Positions 1 to 10,152 of a DNA stretch of 64,000 bases are shown one piece after another. Numbering within the stretch: the first letter of the stretch is position 1; every line of letters starts with the position of its first letter. The DNA comes from a virus (Duplodnaviria; Caudoviricetes), in IMG/VR virus record IMGVR_UViG_3300022552_000005, positions 1-64,000 of that record; one strand, 5' to 3'. A model generated the notes under the pieces. It did no database searches and was not told the DNA's origin. It saw only the letters and a list, made by a program, of their open reading frames with translations. A program made the position numbers and the translations under genes.

Positions 1-1
1 G

Positions 2-424
2 ATAAACCTTCCAAGAGAAAAACCAAGAAGTAGTCCGCCATCTTATTGGGTAGTAAAATTATCTAACGGCGAAGTATTCTATGAATCAAACGAAGTTAAT
101 TCATGGCGCGTTTTGCATGATTATTGCACAAAAAACGACCTAAAGATTGTTGAACTGAAAGTTATTAATAGCGATGGCGAGCGAGTTGTAAGCCGCAATC
201 ATAAAAAGTTTTACTTTGTAATCCGAGACGTTACTGCTTTTGGTAATGCACGCCTTCCTACCATAGTTAGAAAAGGATATGGGGTTACATGTCTTCATCC
301 GGGGAATTTGCACCGCGCCTATATTCAGTGGTACGATGATCGCAATGGAAAATTTGTTTACACGGAGGTTTTACGCGATGTCCCGTCGTTTTACGAAAAG
401 GAAATCGGCATCCCGGCGGCATAG
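2..424 (+). CDS. Hypothetical protein, 5'-truncated by window edge
   Basis: The frame of the 113..424 ORF is open back to position 2 (INLPREKPRSSPPSYWVVKLSNGEVF...), so the TTG at 113 is not the real start. No recognisable family. Confidence 0.75.
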   Translation: MNLPREKPRSSPPSYWVVKLSNGEVFYESNEVNSWRVLHDYCTKNDLKIVELKVINSDGERVVSRNHKKFYFVIRDVTAFGNARLPTIVRKGYGVTCLHPGNLHRAYIQWYDDRNGKFVYTEVLRDVPSFYEKEIGIPAA

Positions 425-833
425 TGTTTCGCTGGAAAGCCAAACGGGCGGAAAGAATACGCCGCGATTTGTTTCTGTTACTACTCCTGGGAAATTATGG
501 TACTTAATGGATGCTATTGCCGAATTTGTTATGTTACAACGTCATGGTAAGAATCTTCCACCTTATTTTTGGTATAAACGAGTTAATCCTCAATTGTCAG
601 ATGAATTTTATAAGTTAAAAAAGCAATTATACGGCATGATACGCCGAAAACCTGATATGACGGCTTTGCAATTATTGGGTGTGATTTTGCATAAAGACCT
701 GCGACAGCCAGTAGAAGCCAAAATTGAGAAACCTGAGATGGATCAACAGCCAGATCAGCCAGTATTAATCGATCTGGAAAAAGAAGAAAAGGCTAACATT
801 ATTTCATTATTAAGAGATGAAGAAGAAAACTAA
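378..833 (+). CDS. Hypothetical protein (151 aa)
   Basis: Within ORF 279..833; ATG at 378 is preceded by GGAGG (364-368), so it is the likely start. Stop overlaps the recA start. Confidence 0.7.
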   Translation: MSRRFTKRKSASRRHSVSLESQTGGKNTPRFVSVTTPGKLWYLMDAIAEFVMLQRHGKNLPPYFWYKRVNPQLSDEFYKLKKQLYGMIRRKPDMTALQLLGVILHKDLRQPVEAKIEKPEMDQQPDQPVLIDLEKEEKANIISLLRDEEEN

Positions 834-1824
834 TCTGTTCGACGGCATAGAAACCCTCCTTCAGCAGTTCAAGAAAAATATTTTTAAGGGAGTTGACGAA
901 TTAGAGCCCGCTTTCAAGATTAGCACTGGCAGTTTAAGTTTTGATTATATTGTCGGCGGCGGAATTTGTCCAGGAATTACAGAAATTTACGGCACTGAGG
1001 GGGCGGGAAAATCGACTATTGCGTTATCCATTTTAGCGCAAGCTCAGAAATTGGGATTAGAATGTTTCTACATCGATCAAGAACGCGGCATTACAAAATC
1101 GCTCTTACAAACAATTGATGGACTTGACTTAGAAAAACTAAGTGGTAAAATTCTCCGCCCGAACGATGGACAAGAAGCATTGCGCGCAATAGAAATTATT
1201 GTCCAACAAATTCCCAAAAGTTGCATTGTATTGGATTCGATTCCTGCTTGTCTTAGCCCTAGCCAAATCAAAGAGGCGATTGGTAATGAAAACTCCTATG
1301 CCCCGCTGGCGCGTTTGATGTCTGTATTTCTACCCAAGATTAAAATGTATTGTCTTAATAATAATTGTGCGCTAATTCTCCTTAACCAAATCAGAAGTAA
1401 AATCGGCGTTTATTACGGTAATCCAGAAGACACGCCCGGGGGGAAAGCTATTAAGTTTTATTGCGATAAACGTATTGAAGTACGAAAAGGGAACTCCATC
1501 AAAAAAGACAACAATATCATTGGTCATTATGTTAAAATTAAAGTCACTAAGAATAAGTATTCTTCACCATTCAAAACTACAGAAGTTCCGCTCTTGTATG
1601 GGATTGGAATTGACAGAATCCGCGAACTAATTCAGTTGGGATTACAATTAGGTCTCATCAAACGCGAAGGACGAAAATTCCATGTTCGAGACCACGAATT
1701 TACGTTCGAGAAGAACTTAATCAAAGGACTAAAAGAAAACACCGAACTTGCTGATTGGTTATATGATGGTATCTGGAGTATGATGGCAGGCGAATGCGGC
1801 TCAAACGCACCGACGGACGAGTAG
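817..1824 (+). CDS. recA: RecA/UvsX-family recombinase
   Basis: Walker A GTEGAGKST, IDQE, Walker B IVLDS, and NQIRSKIGVYYGNPEDTPGGKAIKFY match the RecA signature. Confidence 0.95.
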   Translation: MKKKTNLFDGIETLLQQFKKNIFKGVDELEPAFKISTGSLSFDYIVGGGICPGITEIYGTEGAGKSTIALSILAQAQKLGLECFYIDQERGITKSLLQTIDGLDLEKLSGKILRPNDGQEALRAIEIIVQQIPKSCIVLDSIPACLSPSQIKEAIGNENSYAPLARLMSVFLPKIKMYCLNNNCALILLNQIRSKIGVYYGNPEDTPGGKAIKFYCDKRIEVRKGNSIKKDNNIIGHYVKIKVTKNKYSSPFKTTEVPLLYGIGIDRIRELIQLGLQLGLIKREGRKFHVRDHEFTFEKNLIKGLKENTELADWLYDGIWSMMAGECGSNAPTDE

Positions 1825-2183
1825 TTCACATCAACTTAGCCAAACATAAAACTGCCCGCCATTTTTCCAAGCCACAATTGACGATGCGTCAAATTTTGGG
1901 GGAGCTGTTCAATTTTGATATTTATGAGGAGGTTTATTGCGATGGAGTATATTTTGATTTCCTGATTCCACAGATCGGGTTAGTAATCGAGGTTGATGGG
2001 AAACAGCATTATGATTATGTTCCGTTCTTTTATAAAAATGCCGCCCAATTTATCCGCGCGATTCGCAACGATGAAAAGAAGGAAAAATTATGTAAATTAA
2101 ATAATTTAAAGTTAATACGCATTCCGGCGGGTAGTTATGCAAAAATGAAAAAGTTATTGATTGAAAAACTAAAGACCGATTAA
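1794..2183 (+). CDS. DUF559/Vsr-like PD-(D/E)XK endonuclease
   Basis: FDFLIPQIGLVIEVDGKQH...D.KKEKLCKLNNLKLIRI is the DUF559-type pattern. Confidence 0.75.
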   Translation: MRLKRTDGRVVHINLAKHKTARHFSKPQLTMRQILGELFNFDIYEEVYCDGVYFDFLIPQIGLVIEVDGKQHYDYVPFFYKNAAQFIRAIRNDEKKEKLCKLNNLKLIRIPAGSYAKMKKLLIEKLKTD

Positions 2184-2198
2184 ATGGAGGATATTATT

Positions 2199-2657
2199 AT
2201 GGATATGAAAGCTTATAATGACTGGGCGCGAAACACAATTTTCTCACTTAAAGTTAGCATTAAAGAAATCAACAAAATTCTCAGTACCCCACCGCAAGCT
2301 TTGCAAAAAATGTCGCTCGAAGAACTCGAAAATATGGCTGTAACAATTGCTCAATATAGTCTTTTTATTCAGAATGAGTATAATAGATGGCGCGTTTACG
2401 AAAAACTGGTCCGCAGCAAATACGAAGATCATTTGCGAACAACAATTGTTACCTACAATATAAACGGGCGTTCTAAGGATGAACGCGAACATGAAGCACG
2501 AAAAGTAGACGAATCATTGCGAAAATTATATGATAAACTCATCGAAACTGAAACCTATGCTAAAAGAATTGACAATTTGTCGATGTCGCTGAATATGTTT
2601 TGCAGCATTATTCGTGATATCTACAAGCGGCGAAAATTCCAACATGGCGCAGAGTAA
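2199..2657 (+). CDS. Helical hypothetical protein, possible UvsY-like recombination mediator
   Basis: GGAGG at 2186-2190 points to ATG 2199 rather than 2184. Coiled-coil-like sequence between recA/nuclease and helicase. Function inferred from context only. Confidence 0.5.
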   Translation: MDMKAYNDWARNTIFSLKVSIKEINKILSTPPQALQKMSLEELENMAVTIAQYSLFIQNEYNRWRVYEKLVRSKYEDHLRTTIVTYNINGRSKDEREHEARKVDESLRKLYDKLIETETYAKRIDNLSMSLNMFCSIIRDIYKRRKFQHGAE

Positions 2658-3999
2658 GTTATACAACAAAAAAGTTGAAATATACCTGCTGGCGTTGATA
2701 GCCCAATATCCAGATATCATACCAGAAATCGATAATATCTATATCACATCTAGCGACTTTTATTTTGTATTTTTTAAGGATCTCTATTCTTTGATTGTCA
2801 AATTATATTACGACAACGTAAAAATCGAACCAGCAATTTTAATTTTACACAGCGAATCCATAGCATCGCGACCAAAGAAATTTAAAGATTTTATCAAATT
2901 TTTATTTAAGTGCCCTGTCAAAAAGGAAAATCTTAATAGTTATGTAAAAATAATAAAAAACTACAGTTTCAAACGACAATTAATTATTACCCTTGAACAA
3001 GCGCGTCAAAAAATGTTGCGCGCGGAGGATGCTTTAACCTCATTAGGTATTATTGAACAAGAGATCTACGATTTCGTTTATAAAAATGTGCAAGATGATC
3101 GTTTGCGTCTATTAAGTGACGGCGTAGAGTCTGTCTTACGTGATTTATCAGAAAATCCTGAAATTGGATTAACAACCGGTTTACCAAGTTTAGACAAAGT
3201 TATTGGTCATGGGATGCGCCGCGGGACAATTAATGTTATTGGCGCGCGTCCTGGCATTGGAAAATCAATGATCGCACTTTGGATTGCGCTCAAAAATGCT
3301 CGCGAAGGAATTCCGGTCTTATATTTAGATACTGAACTTACTTACGAATATCAAGTTATGCGCATGATAGGAATGCTGGCGCGTATTCCATTTGAAGAGT
3401 TAGAAACTGGCAATTGGCGTTATAAAAGTGATTACGTCGAACAATATAAAACAGCGCGCGAAGTTTTAAAAAGTCTTCCTCTCTATTGGGTTTATATCGG
3501 CGGAATGCCAGTAGAACAGATTATCGGAATAATTCGTCGCTTCATTAATAAAGATGTCGGCTTTGATAAGAATGGTCAATACAGGCGCTGTTTGATTTGT
3601 TATGATTATTTGAAGTTAATGAACGTCAATGATAAAGGTTTTAATCTTAAAGAATACGAAGCCCTTGGTTATCGAATGAGCGCAATGCATGACTTAATGG
3701 TAAAATATAAAGCAACAATGCTAATGACGGTCCAGCTTAATCGCGATGGTGTCGAACGCGAAGATGACACAGTTGTTAGTGGTAGCGATAGAATAATGTG
3801 GCTTGCCTCTAGTGCAGCCATCTTAAAACCCAAAACTCAAGAGGAAATCAATATTAATAAAAATGCCGGAAATTATAAGCTAATAGTTGTCAAGACACGA
3901 TTCGGACCCGGCATGCGGTTTGGCGAACATATTGGATTATTAGTTGATAAAAGCTGTGGGCATTTTGCAGATATGGGGCTGGTGAAAATTGTCAAATAG
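2644..3999 (+). CDS. dnaB: Replicative DNA helicase, DnaB family
   Basis: GARPGIGKS (Walker A), LDTE, CYDYLKL, VQLNR, SGSDRI and KTRFG motifs. ATG 2644 (MAQSKL) is the more likely start than 2614. Confidence 0.92.
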   Translation: MAQSKLYNKKVEIYLLALIAQYPDIIPEIDNIYITSSDFYFVFFKDLYSLIVKLYYDNVKIEPAILILHSESIASRPKKFKDFIKFLFKCPVKKENLNSYVKIIKNYSFKRQLIITLEQARQKMLRAEDALTSLGIIEQEIYDFVYKNVQDDRLRLLSDGVESVLRDLSENPEIGLTTGLPSLDKVIGHGMRRGTINVIGARPGIGKSMIALWIALKNAREGIPVLYLDTELTYEYQVMRMIGMLARIPFEELETGNWRYKSDYVEQYKTAREVLKSLPLYWVYIGGMPVEQIIGIIRRFINKDVGFDKNGQYRRCLICYDYLKLMNVNDKGFNLKEYEALGYRMSAMHDLMVKYKATMLMTVQLNRDGVEREDDTVVSGSDRIMWLASSAAILKPKTQEEININKNAGNYKLIVVKTRFGPGMRFGEHIGLLVDKSCGHFADMGLVKIVK

Positions 4000-4960
4000 A
4001 CTCGCCCGTTTCATTAAGTATGCCAATTTGGCGTTTGATCGTATCTTGTATCATTACGACATCGATGAAAGTGTTTCGTCTAGGTGGGACGATGAGGTAA
4101 TACGCATTCCTTGCCCCATTCATGGGGGCGATAATAGGACCGCTTTCTTGTGGACTTATAGTTTCGGGACGTGGGTATGCTGGTCGCATCATTGTGAAAA
4201 ATATTATAAGCGGAATGATTCTATTGCCTTTGTTCAAGCAATGGAAAAATGTAATTTTAAAAAAGCCCTATCTATTACTGCCAAAATACTTAAAGGTGTC
4301 AAAAAGAAAGACATTCTTCATCGACGCGATTTGATCAAAAAACGATACGAAAAAATTAATCATTACAAGCAAAGGATTATTGAAATTTGCGATTCGTGTT
4401 ATCTATCGAACTATGCTTCAAAACGTGGTATTTCTCCCCGCGTTCAACAAAAATATCTGATTGGGATCTATCCGTCTTTTGGTATTAATAGACTGTCTAT
4501 CCCGGTTTTTAATATAAATAGCAAAATTGTTGGTATCACAGCGCGCAAATTGATTGACGGCGATATTGGTCCAAAATGGATGCACTTACCTATAGGCTTT
4601 AAAGCGGCAGCGAATTTATATAATATTAACTTTATCTCAGGGAATGATTTAATCATTGTCGAGGGTCCATTTGACGTTTTAAAATTAGAAACAGCGGGAA
4701 TTCACAATTCTGTTGCAACTTTTGGTTGTCATTTATCTCCTGAACAGCTTGATTTGATTGTAAACGAAATTAGTCCTACCAAAATATATATCGCCTACGA
4801 CAATGATCAAGCGGGCAATTTGGGAGCTACGCAAGCAGCGAGACACCTATATTTTGCCGGGTTTCCTGTTTATCGAATCATTTTGGATGGATATAACGAT
4901 TTCGGCGAAATGCCAATAAATGCTATTCGGAGGAAACGATGGCAAATAAAAAAGTTATAA
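3989..4960 (+). CDS. dnaG: DNA primase (CHC2 zinc finger + TOPRIM)
   Basis: CPIHGGDN...WVCWSHHC zinc-binding region; IVEGPFD and IAYDNDQAG TOPRIM motifs; directly follows the helicase. Confidence 0.88.
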   Translation: MSNRLARFIKYANLAFDRILYHYDIDESVSSRWDDEVIRIPCPIHGGDNRTAFLWTYSFGTWVCWSHHCEKYYKRNDSIAFVQAMEKCNFKKALSITAKILKGVKKKDILHRRDLIKKRYEKINHYKQRIIEICDSCYLSNYASKRGISPRVQQKYLIGIYPSFGINRLSIPVFNINSKIVGITARKLIDGDIGPKWMHLPIGFKAAANLYNINFISGNDLIIVEGPFDVLKLETAGIHNSVATFGCHLSPEQLDLIVNEISPTKIYIAYDNDQAGNLGATQAARHLYFAGFPVYRIILDGYNDFGEMPINAIRRKRWQIKKL

Positions 4961-5550
4961 TCGGACTTTGTGGTAAACAACGGGTTGGTAAAGATACAGC
5001 TTATAAAATTATCAAAGAACTATATCCACAATTAAGTGTTCGCCGTTTCGCTTTTGCCGATGCGCTCAAAAAAGCTTGTGCTCAGTTGTTTTGCATTTCA
5101 GAAAGTAATTTCTATTTTGCAAAAGAAAAGCCAACTCGACTGCGTTGGGAGAATGTAAATCAATATTTTTTAGACGATTTCGGAAATGGGCATCATGAAG
5201 GTTTCATTACCCACCGTGAATTGTTACAATTGTTTGGAATGGCGTGCCGCTATATTTATCCAGACATCTGGGTGGATATTGTAATTAATCAACTAAAAAC
5301 TGAACCATATGACATTGCAGTAATCACTGACGTTAGATTCCCAAACGAGGTGCAAAAACTCAAAGAAATAGGTGCGATATTAATTAAAATTAAGCGAAAA
5401 ACTGGTATTAAAGATATTCATCAAAGCGAACAATGGGTTGATTTTCTTAAAGATAAAGAATTCGATTATATAATGGGGACGTATGATTATAGTCCGCCTA
5501 TGGACGAATTGTATCAACGTTGGCGCGCATTGTTAAAGGAGATACTATGA
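4939..5550 (+). CDS. Deoxynucleoside monophosphate kinase (T4 gp1-like)
   Basis: IGLCGKQRVGKDT P-loop, FADALK, RELLQLFG, ITDVRFPNE, HQSE. Confidence 0.88.
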   Translation: MANKKVIIGLCGKQRVGKDTAYKIIKELYPQLSVRRFAFADALKKACAQLFCISESNFYFAKEKPTRLRWENVNQYFLDDFGNGHHEGFITHRELLQLFGMACRYIYPDIWVDIVINQLKTEPYDIAVITDVRFPNEVQKLKEIGAILIKIKRKTGIKDIHQSEQWVDFLKDKEFDYIMGTYDYSPPMDELYQRWRALLKEIL

Positions 5551-5804
5551 ACATTGAAGAACAGCTAAAAATTCTAGCAGAGAAAAAAAATAATTCTTAT
5601 TTTTTTAAATATATTAGCTATTATGACGTTACTCCAGAAAAATTCGTGATTCGTCTCTTTGATGAAAAATATTTACCAATGTATTTAGAGCGAATCGACT
5701 ACGAAGAGGCTACAAAACGTGTTCAGAATGGCGAGACGGTGGTAGTCATTGATCATGATTCACAGTTGGGACAATTGATTAAAGGACAAAGCGGTGAAGT
5801 GTGA
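5547..5804 (+). CDS. Hypothetical protein (85 aa)
   Basis: ATG 5547 overlaps the upstream stop (ATGA); the stop overlaps the next gene. Confidence 0.65.
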   Translation: MNIEEQLKILAEKKNNSYFFKYISYYDVTPEKFVIRLFDEKYLPMYLERIDYEEATKRVQNGETVVVIDHDSQLGQLIKGQSGEV

Positions 5805-6537
5805 CGCTCTATCAGCAAGTAAAATTAAATGCTATCAAATGTGCCCATTTAAGTATTTTCTTGAATATCATTTGGGTATTCCTACTAGAATTTCATTGGC
5901 TGCTGAAATCGGGAAGTTTGTTCATAAAATTTTTGAAAAGATTGCTCGCGGAGAATTAGACTTTAAAAATTGGGTTGATTGGGCTGCCGAAAATTATAAA
6001 GTCTTAGAAAAGGTCCCAAACCCTAAAAATGTTAATATATGGCACGAAGTTTTATCTTTAGTACGTGCAGTCTTAAATAGGAAGAAAGAGTTTATCCCGT
6101 TTTATCGCAACATCAAAGATGTAGAAAAATTTTTCAAAATTGAAGTAGACAACATCCCCATCCGCGGGATTTTTGACCTAATTATTGAAATCGATCCCGA
6201 AACAGTCGAAATATATGATTGGAAGAGTGGTTCTTTCAGACTGAGATATAAAGAGCTTTATCGTGATCCGCAGATTTTGTTATATAATTTGGCTGTGTCT
6301 AAATTGTTCCCTAAGTACAAGTTCAGATTCGCAACATTGGATTACTTACGTTATACGCCGATTTCTGTTCCATTGGAGTCTAAATATCTTACCATTGCGC
6401 GTCAATTGGTGAAGCGATATTGGTGGCTGATTAAACACGATGATTCGCCGCGACGCATAGAAGTCCCTAATCATATTTGTAAATACATGTGCGATAGGGA
6501 ATTGTGTGACATATATTGGGAACAGGTACATGGGTAA
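5794..6537 (+). CDS. Cas4-like / RecB-family PD-(D/E)XK exonuclease
   Basis: LSASKIKCYQMCPFKY, G.FVH, IRGIFDLI, YDWKSG, QILLY. One N-terminal Cys plus C-terminal C-x3-C-x4-C, the Cas4/AddB Fe-S staple arrangement. Confidence 0.85.
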   Translation: MKCDALSASKIKCYQMCPFKYFLEYHLGIPTRISLAAEIGKFVHKIFEKIARGELDFKNWVDWAAENYKVLEKVPNPKNVNIWHEVLSLVRAVLNRKKEFIPFYRNIKDVEKFFKIEVDNIPIRGIFDLIIEIDPETVEIYDWKSGSFRLRYKELYRDPQILLYNLAVSKLFPKYKFRFATLDYLRYTPISVPLESKYLTIARQLVKRYWWLIKHDDSPRRIEVPNHICKYMCDRELCDIYWEQVHG

Positions 6538-9500
6538 ATACGCCATTTTACATTGCCACACCGATTATTCATTCCGCGATTCAATCTGCCAAATACCGGC
6601 TCTAGTTAATAAGATTAAAGAACTGAATATTCCGGCAGCAGCGATTACAGATCACGGGCATTTACACGGGGTCGTTGAATTTTATCGGGAATGCCAAAGC
6701 AACAATGTTAAGCCAATTATCGGTGTTGAAGCTTATATAGTAGAATCTGAAATCAAAACTCGAAAAAGCCATCATATTATTTTATTAGCGGAAAATAATG
6801 AAGGACTGGCAAATATCATTCGACTTATCACATGGGCTAATCAACCACCGCCAAACGGTGGGTTTTATTACACGCCGCGTATTACATTAAAAAAATTATT
6901 TGAACTGAACAAGGGAATTATCGTTTTGACTGCTTGTGTGCATGGTTTAATCCCGCATTATCTTGTTGAGGATTATCCAAAAGCCATCCGTCTTGTTAAA
7001 CAATTTAAGGATGTTTTTAGCGATCGATTTTATTTAGAGGTTCAGAACGTAAATTATCAACAAGATTTTATTCCTGAACAAAAAATTATTCTAAAACGAA
7101 GCGCTACTATAGGAAAAAAATTTGGCATTAAAGTAGTCGCGACGACCGATATCCATTATTTATCTGCTGATGACAAGTTTACGCATGACATTTGGAAGGC
7201 AATTTCTAACTATAAAACGGTATTTTCTAAACAGTTTCAAGGATTTCAGGGGATCGACTATTATCCTCTCTCTTATGAAGAAATGTGCAAACGTTTTCCG
7301 CGTCAATTCGTTGATAACACAAACGAGATCGCCGAACGCTGCAACGTTGAAATCAAAATTGCACCAGGGTCACATTTACCTAAGTATAATAGCGAGTTAG
7401 ACGATGATGCAACATTTGAATTATTAGTCAAGACAATCAAAAAAAATATAAAAAAGTATAAAATTTTTAATCCTAAAGATGAACGATATATCAGAAGACT
7501 AAAAAAAGAATTGCGCGACATTAAAGAGGCGAATTTACAACATTATTTTATGCTTGTTCATGATGTATGCAAATTTGCCGATGACAATGGGATTGCTCGC
7601 GGTCCAGGTAGAGGTTCCGGCGCAGGGTCGTTGGTAGTTAGATGCTTAAACATTACGAAGCCTGATCCTATTAAATATGGGCTATACTGGGAACGTTTTT
7701 ATAATCGCGGACGTAAAGAGTCAATGCCCGACTTAGATTTGGACTTTGATGTTCTACGACGCGAAGAAATTATTGATTACCTACGCCGTCGTTTTGGTGA
7801 AAATAAAGTCTTCCCGATGTGTACAATTACTAGTCTTGCCGGTAAGGCTGCCCTAAAAGACGTTGGACGTGCGCTAGATTATAGTTTTGATTTTATGAAT
7901 GATATCACTAAACACTTTCCAGAAAAGGCTAATACTATCAGCGAGGCGCTTACTCAATCACCTACGTTAAGAAGATTTGCTCGTGGGTTCCATCCTGCTA
8001 TGCCCAAAATAATTAAAAAAATAAAAAAATCAAAGGGGATCGAACGAAAAAAACTTGTTGCCAAATTAAAAACAATGGCGCGACAAATGCGTCTATTATT
8101 TGAACACGCACAAAAAATTGAGGGTTGCAAACGTCAACGAAGTACTCATGCCTGTGCTATACTGATTAGCGACACTGACATTGATGGAAAAATTCCATTA
8201 GTTTATGATACAAGACATAAAAAACTGCTTACTGGTTGGGACATGCATACCCTTGAAAAGCTTGGGTATTTAAAATTAGATATTTTAGGCATTAAATCGA
8301 TTACAGTGATTAACAAGATTCGCCAATTATTAAAGAAGCATGGTGAAGTACATAACGAAAAACAAAGCGAACAACTTGATGATCCGCACGTTTTCAATAT
8401 GATTGGACAGGGGCGCACGGTAGGCATATTTCAGCTTGAGTCTCATCTTGGACGGAAATGGTGCCGTAAAATTAAACCATCAAATATTTTAGAATGGTCA
8501 GATGTAATTGCCCTAATTCGTCCTGCTGTATTAGAAACGGGCATGGCGCAAGCTTATGTTGATGATGATACGGAAAACATTCCGATTCTAAACTCAATAT
8601 TAGAGCGCACTAGAGGAGTACCACTTTATCAGGAGCAGCTAATCGCCATTGCGCGTGAAATTGCAGATTTTAGTTTAACAGAAGCGGATAATTTGCGGCG
8701 GTGTATCGGGAAAAAATTACCTGAAGAAATTGTTAAATATAAAAGTCTTTTTATTAAAAATGTCACATACAAATATGACAAAGAATTTGCTGAAAGATTG
8801 TGGCAATTAATCGAAGCGGCAGCAGGTTACGGGTTTAATTTGTCGCATTCGATTTCATATGCCTATTTAGGCTATGTTATGGCATGGTACAAGCTCCATT
8901 ATCCGCTTTATTTCTACTTGGCTATGTTGCAATTGTCGTTTTATGAGCAAAACAAATATGAAGAAATTCAAAAACTTTACTATGATGCTAAGAAATTTTC
9001 TATTGATATTTTGCCGCCAGACGTGCGAGTTGGGAATATGGACTTTGCTATTAAAAATGGTAAAATTTATTACGGACTTGGACATATCAAATTTCTATCT
9101 TCTAAGGTGTCTGCTGAAATTAAAAAATTAAAAAATATTAAAACCATGTTTGACTTTTGGTCTACTTTACACAAAGAACGCATTCATAAGCGTATCGTTC
9201 TCCCTCTAATCTCAAGTGGAGCGATGTCATTTCTACCGCTGTTACGCGAGGGAAAGTTATCCCGTCTTTTGGCGGAAGTCGAGTTGTTTTATGGGTTAAC
9301 GCACAAATTCCAAGAGCGGATCCTAAATAGTTACAAAGGTGGAATTTACGAAACTATACTTAGTTTAGACGAAAAAGCTACGCGCCGGTTTAAGAAACTG
9401 CCGCGATTATTAAATGAATTTCGTGAAAATTGTCAAAAAACTGTACACGACATATTCTTGTTGGAAAAGGAATATACCGGCGTTTTTATGCGCACATCGC

Positions 9501-9793
9501 CACACATGGTGATTAATCAAGAGGTTACACCAATCGGCGAATTAAATAATGGTGGAACTATTGGGGCTTATATTGACGATTGGACAATTACCCACAAAGG
9601 ACACATAGTTATGAAATTGGTAGATCACACCGGCATGATTACTGGTTTGGTCGAAAAAGATGACGAAAATTATAAAAAGTGGCAACAAATGGTCGAAACC
9701 ACTAATGTAGCGGTAATTGAGGGAGAAAAAATCGGCGAAGATATTTTGTTGGTAAAAAGTATAAACCCAATTTCAGCGAAAGGAGGTCTGTGA
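6530..9793 (+). CDS. dnaE: DNA polymerase III alpha subunit (family C, DnaE-type)
   Basis: PHP motifs HCHTDYS, TDHG, IGVE, TDIHY; RGSGAGSLV; MPDLDLDFD; KLDILG; YQEQL; GFNLSHS; C-terminal OB-like region. Start likely ATG 6530. Confidence 0.96.
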   Translation: MGKYAILHCHTDYSFRDSICQIPALVNKIKELNIPAAAITDHGHLHGVVEFYRECQSNNVKPIIGVEAYIVESEIKTRKSHHIILLAENNEGLANIIRLITWANQPPPNGGFYYTPRITLKKLFELNKGIIVLTACVHGLIPHYLVEDYPKAIRLVKQFKDVFSDRFYLEVQNVNYQQDFIPEQKIILKRSATIGKKFGIKVVATTDIHYLSADDKFTHDIWKAISNYKTVFSKQFQGFQGIDYYPLSYEEMCKRFPRQFVDNTNEIAERCNVEIKIAPGSHLPKYNSELDDDATFELLVKTIKKNIKKYKIFNPKDERYIRRLKKELRDIKEANLQHYFMLVHDVCKFADDNGIARGPGRGSGAGSLVVRCLNITKPDPIKYGLYWERFYNRGRKESMPDLDLDFDVLRREEIIDYLRRRFGENKVFPMCTITSLAGKAALKDVGRALDYSFDFMNDITKHFPEKANTISEALTQSPTLRRFARGFHPAMPKIIKKIKKSKGIERKKLVAKLKTMARQMRLLFEHAQKIEGCKRQRSTHACAILISDTDIDGKIPLVYDTRHKKLLTGWDMHTLEKLGYLKLDILGIKSITVINKIRQLLKKHGEVHNEKQSEQLDDPHVFNMIGQGRTVGIFQLESHLGRKWCRKIKPSNILEWSDVIALIRPAVLETGMAQAYVDDDTENIPILNSILERTRGVPLYQEQLIAIAREIADFSLTEADNLRRCIGKKLPEEIVKYKSLFIKNVTYKYDKEFAERLWQLIEAAAGYGFNLSHSISYAYLGYVMAWYKLHYPLYFYLAMLQLSFYEQNKYEEIQKLYYDAKKFSIDILPPDVRVGNMDFAIKNGKIYYGLGHIKFLSSKVSAEIKKLKNIKTMFDFWSTLHKERIHKRIVLPLISSGAMSFLPLLREGKLSRLLAEVELFYGLTHKFQERILNSYKGGIYETILSLDEKATRRFKKLPRLLNEFRENCQKTVHDIFLLEKEYTGVFMRTSPHMVINQEVTPIGELNNGGTIGAYIDDWTITHKGHIVMKLVDHTGMITGLVEKDDENYKKWQQMVETTNVAVIEGEKIGEDILLVKSINPISAKGGL

Positions 9794-10152
9794 TGTTTTT
9801 TAATCGTGTAATTATTGCTGGACGCGTAATTGCAAAGGAAACCCGCCAGACGAGCAACAACAATCTGGTTGTCAATTTGCGCCTGGGAGTTAAAGAGGAA
9901 AAGAATGTTCCCCTAACGCACGTCGATGTAGTTTTGTGGAGCAAGCTTGCCGAACAAGGTGACAAGAAGATTGAAAAAGATAGCGTTTTAGTCGTTGAGG
10001 GTGTTCTACGACAAGATCGGTGGGTCAACAAGGAAGGTGAAAAACGCACGAAACTTTATATTAAGGCAAACAAGTTTTGCGTACTCGATATGAATCGCGG
10101 CGGACAGGGAGAGGAAACCGTCGAATCTGAAGAGGAGAAAAAGGAGGAATAA
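9793..10152 (+). CDS. ssb: Single-stranded DNA-binding protein
   Basis: NRVIIAGRV...DVVLWSKLAE...VVEGVLRQDRWVNKEGEKRTK is a bacterial SSB OB-fold pattern; AGGAGG at 9781-9786. Confidence 0.9.
   Translation: MFFNRVIIAGRVIAKETRQTSNNNLVVNLRLGVKEEKNVPLTHVDVVLWSKLAEQGDKKIEKDSVLVVEGVLRQDRWVNKEGEKRTKLYIKANKFCVLDMNRGGQGEETVESEEEKKEE

Noticed and set aside
279-377. N-terminal extension of the 184-aa ORF; likewise 57774..60065, 22915..24654 and 2614
   Set aside because: Downstream ATGs with proper SD or coupling (378, 59984, 24600, 2644) are better starts; the 60065 start would lie inside the MCP terminator.
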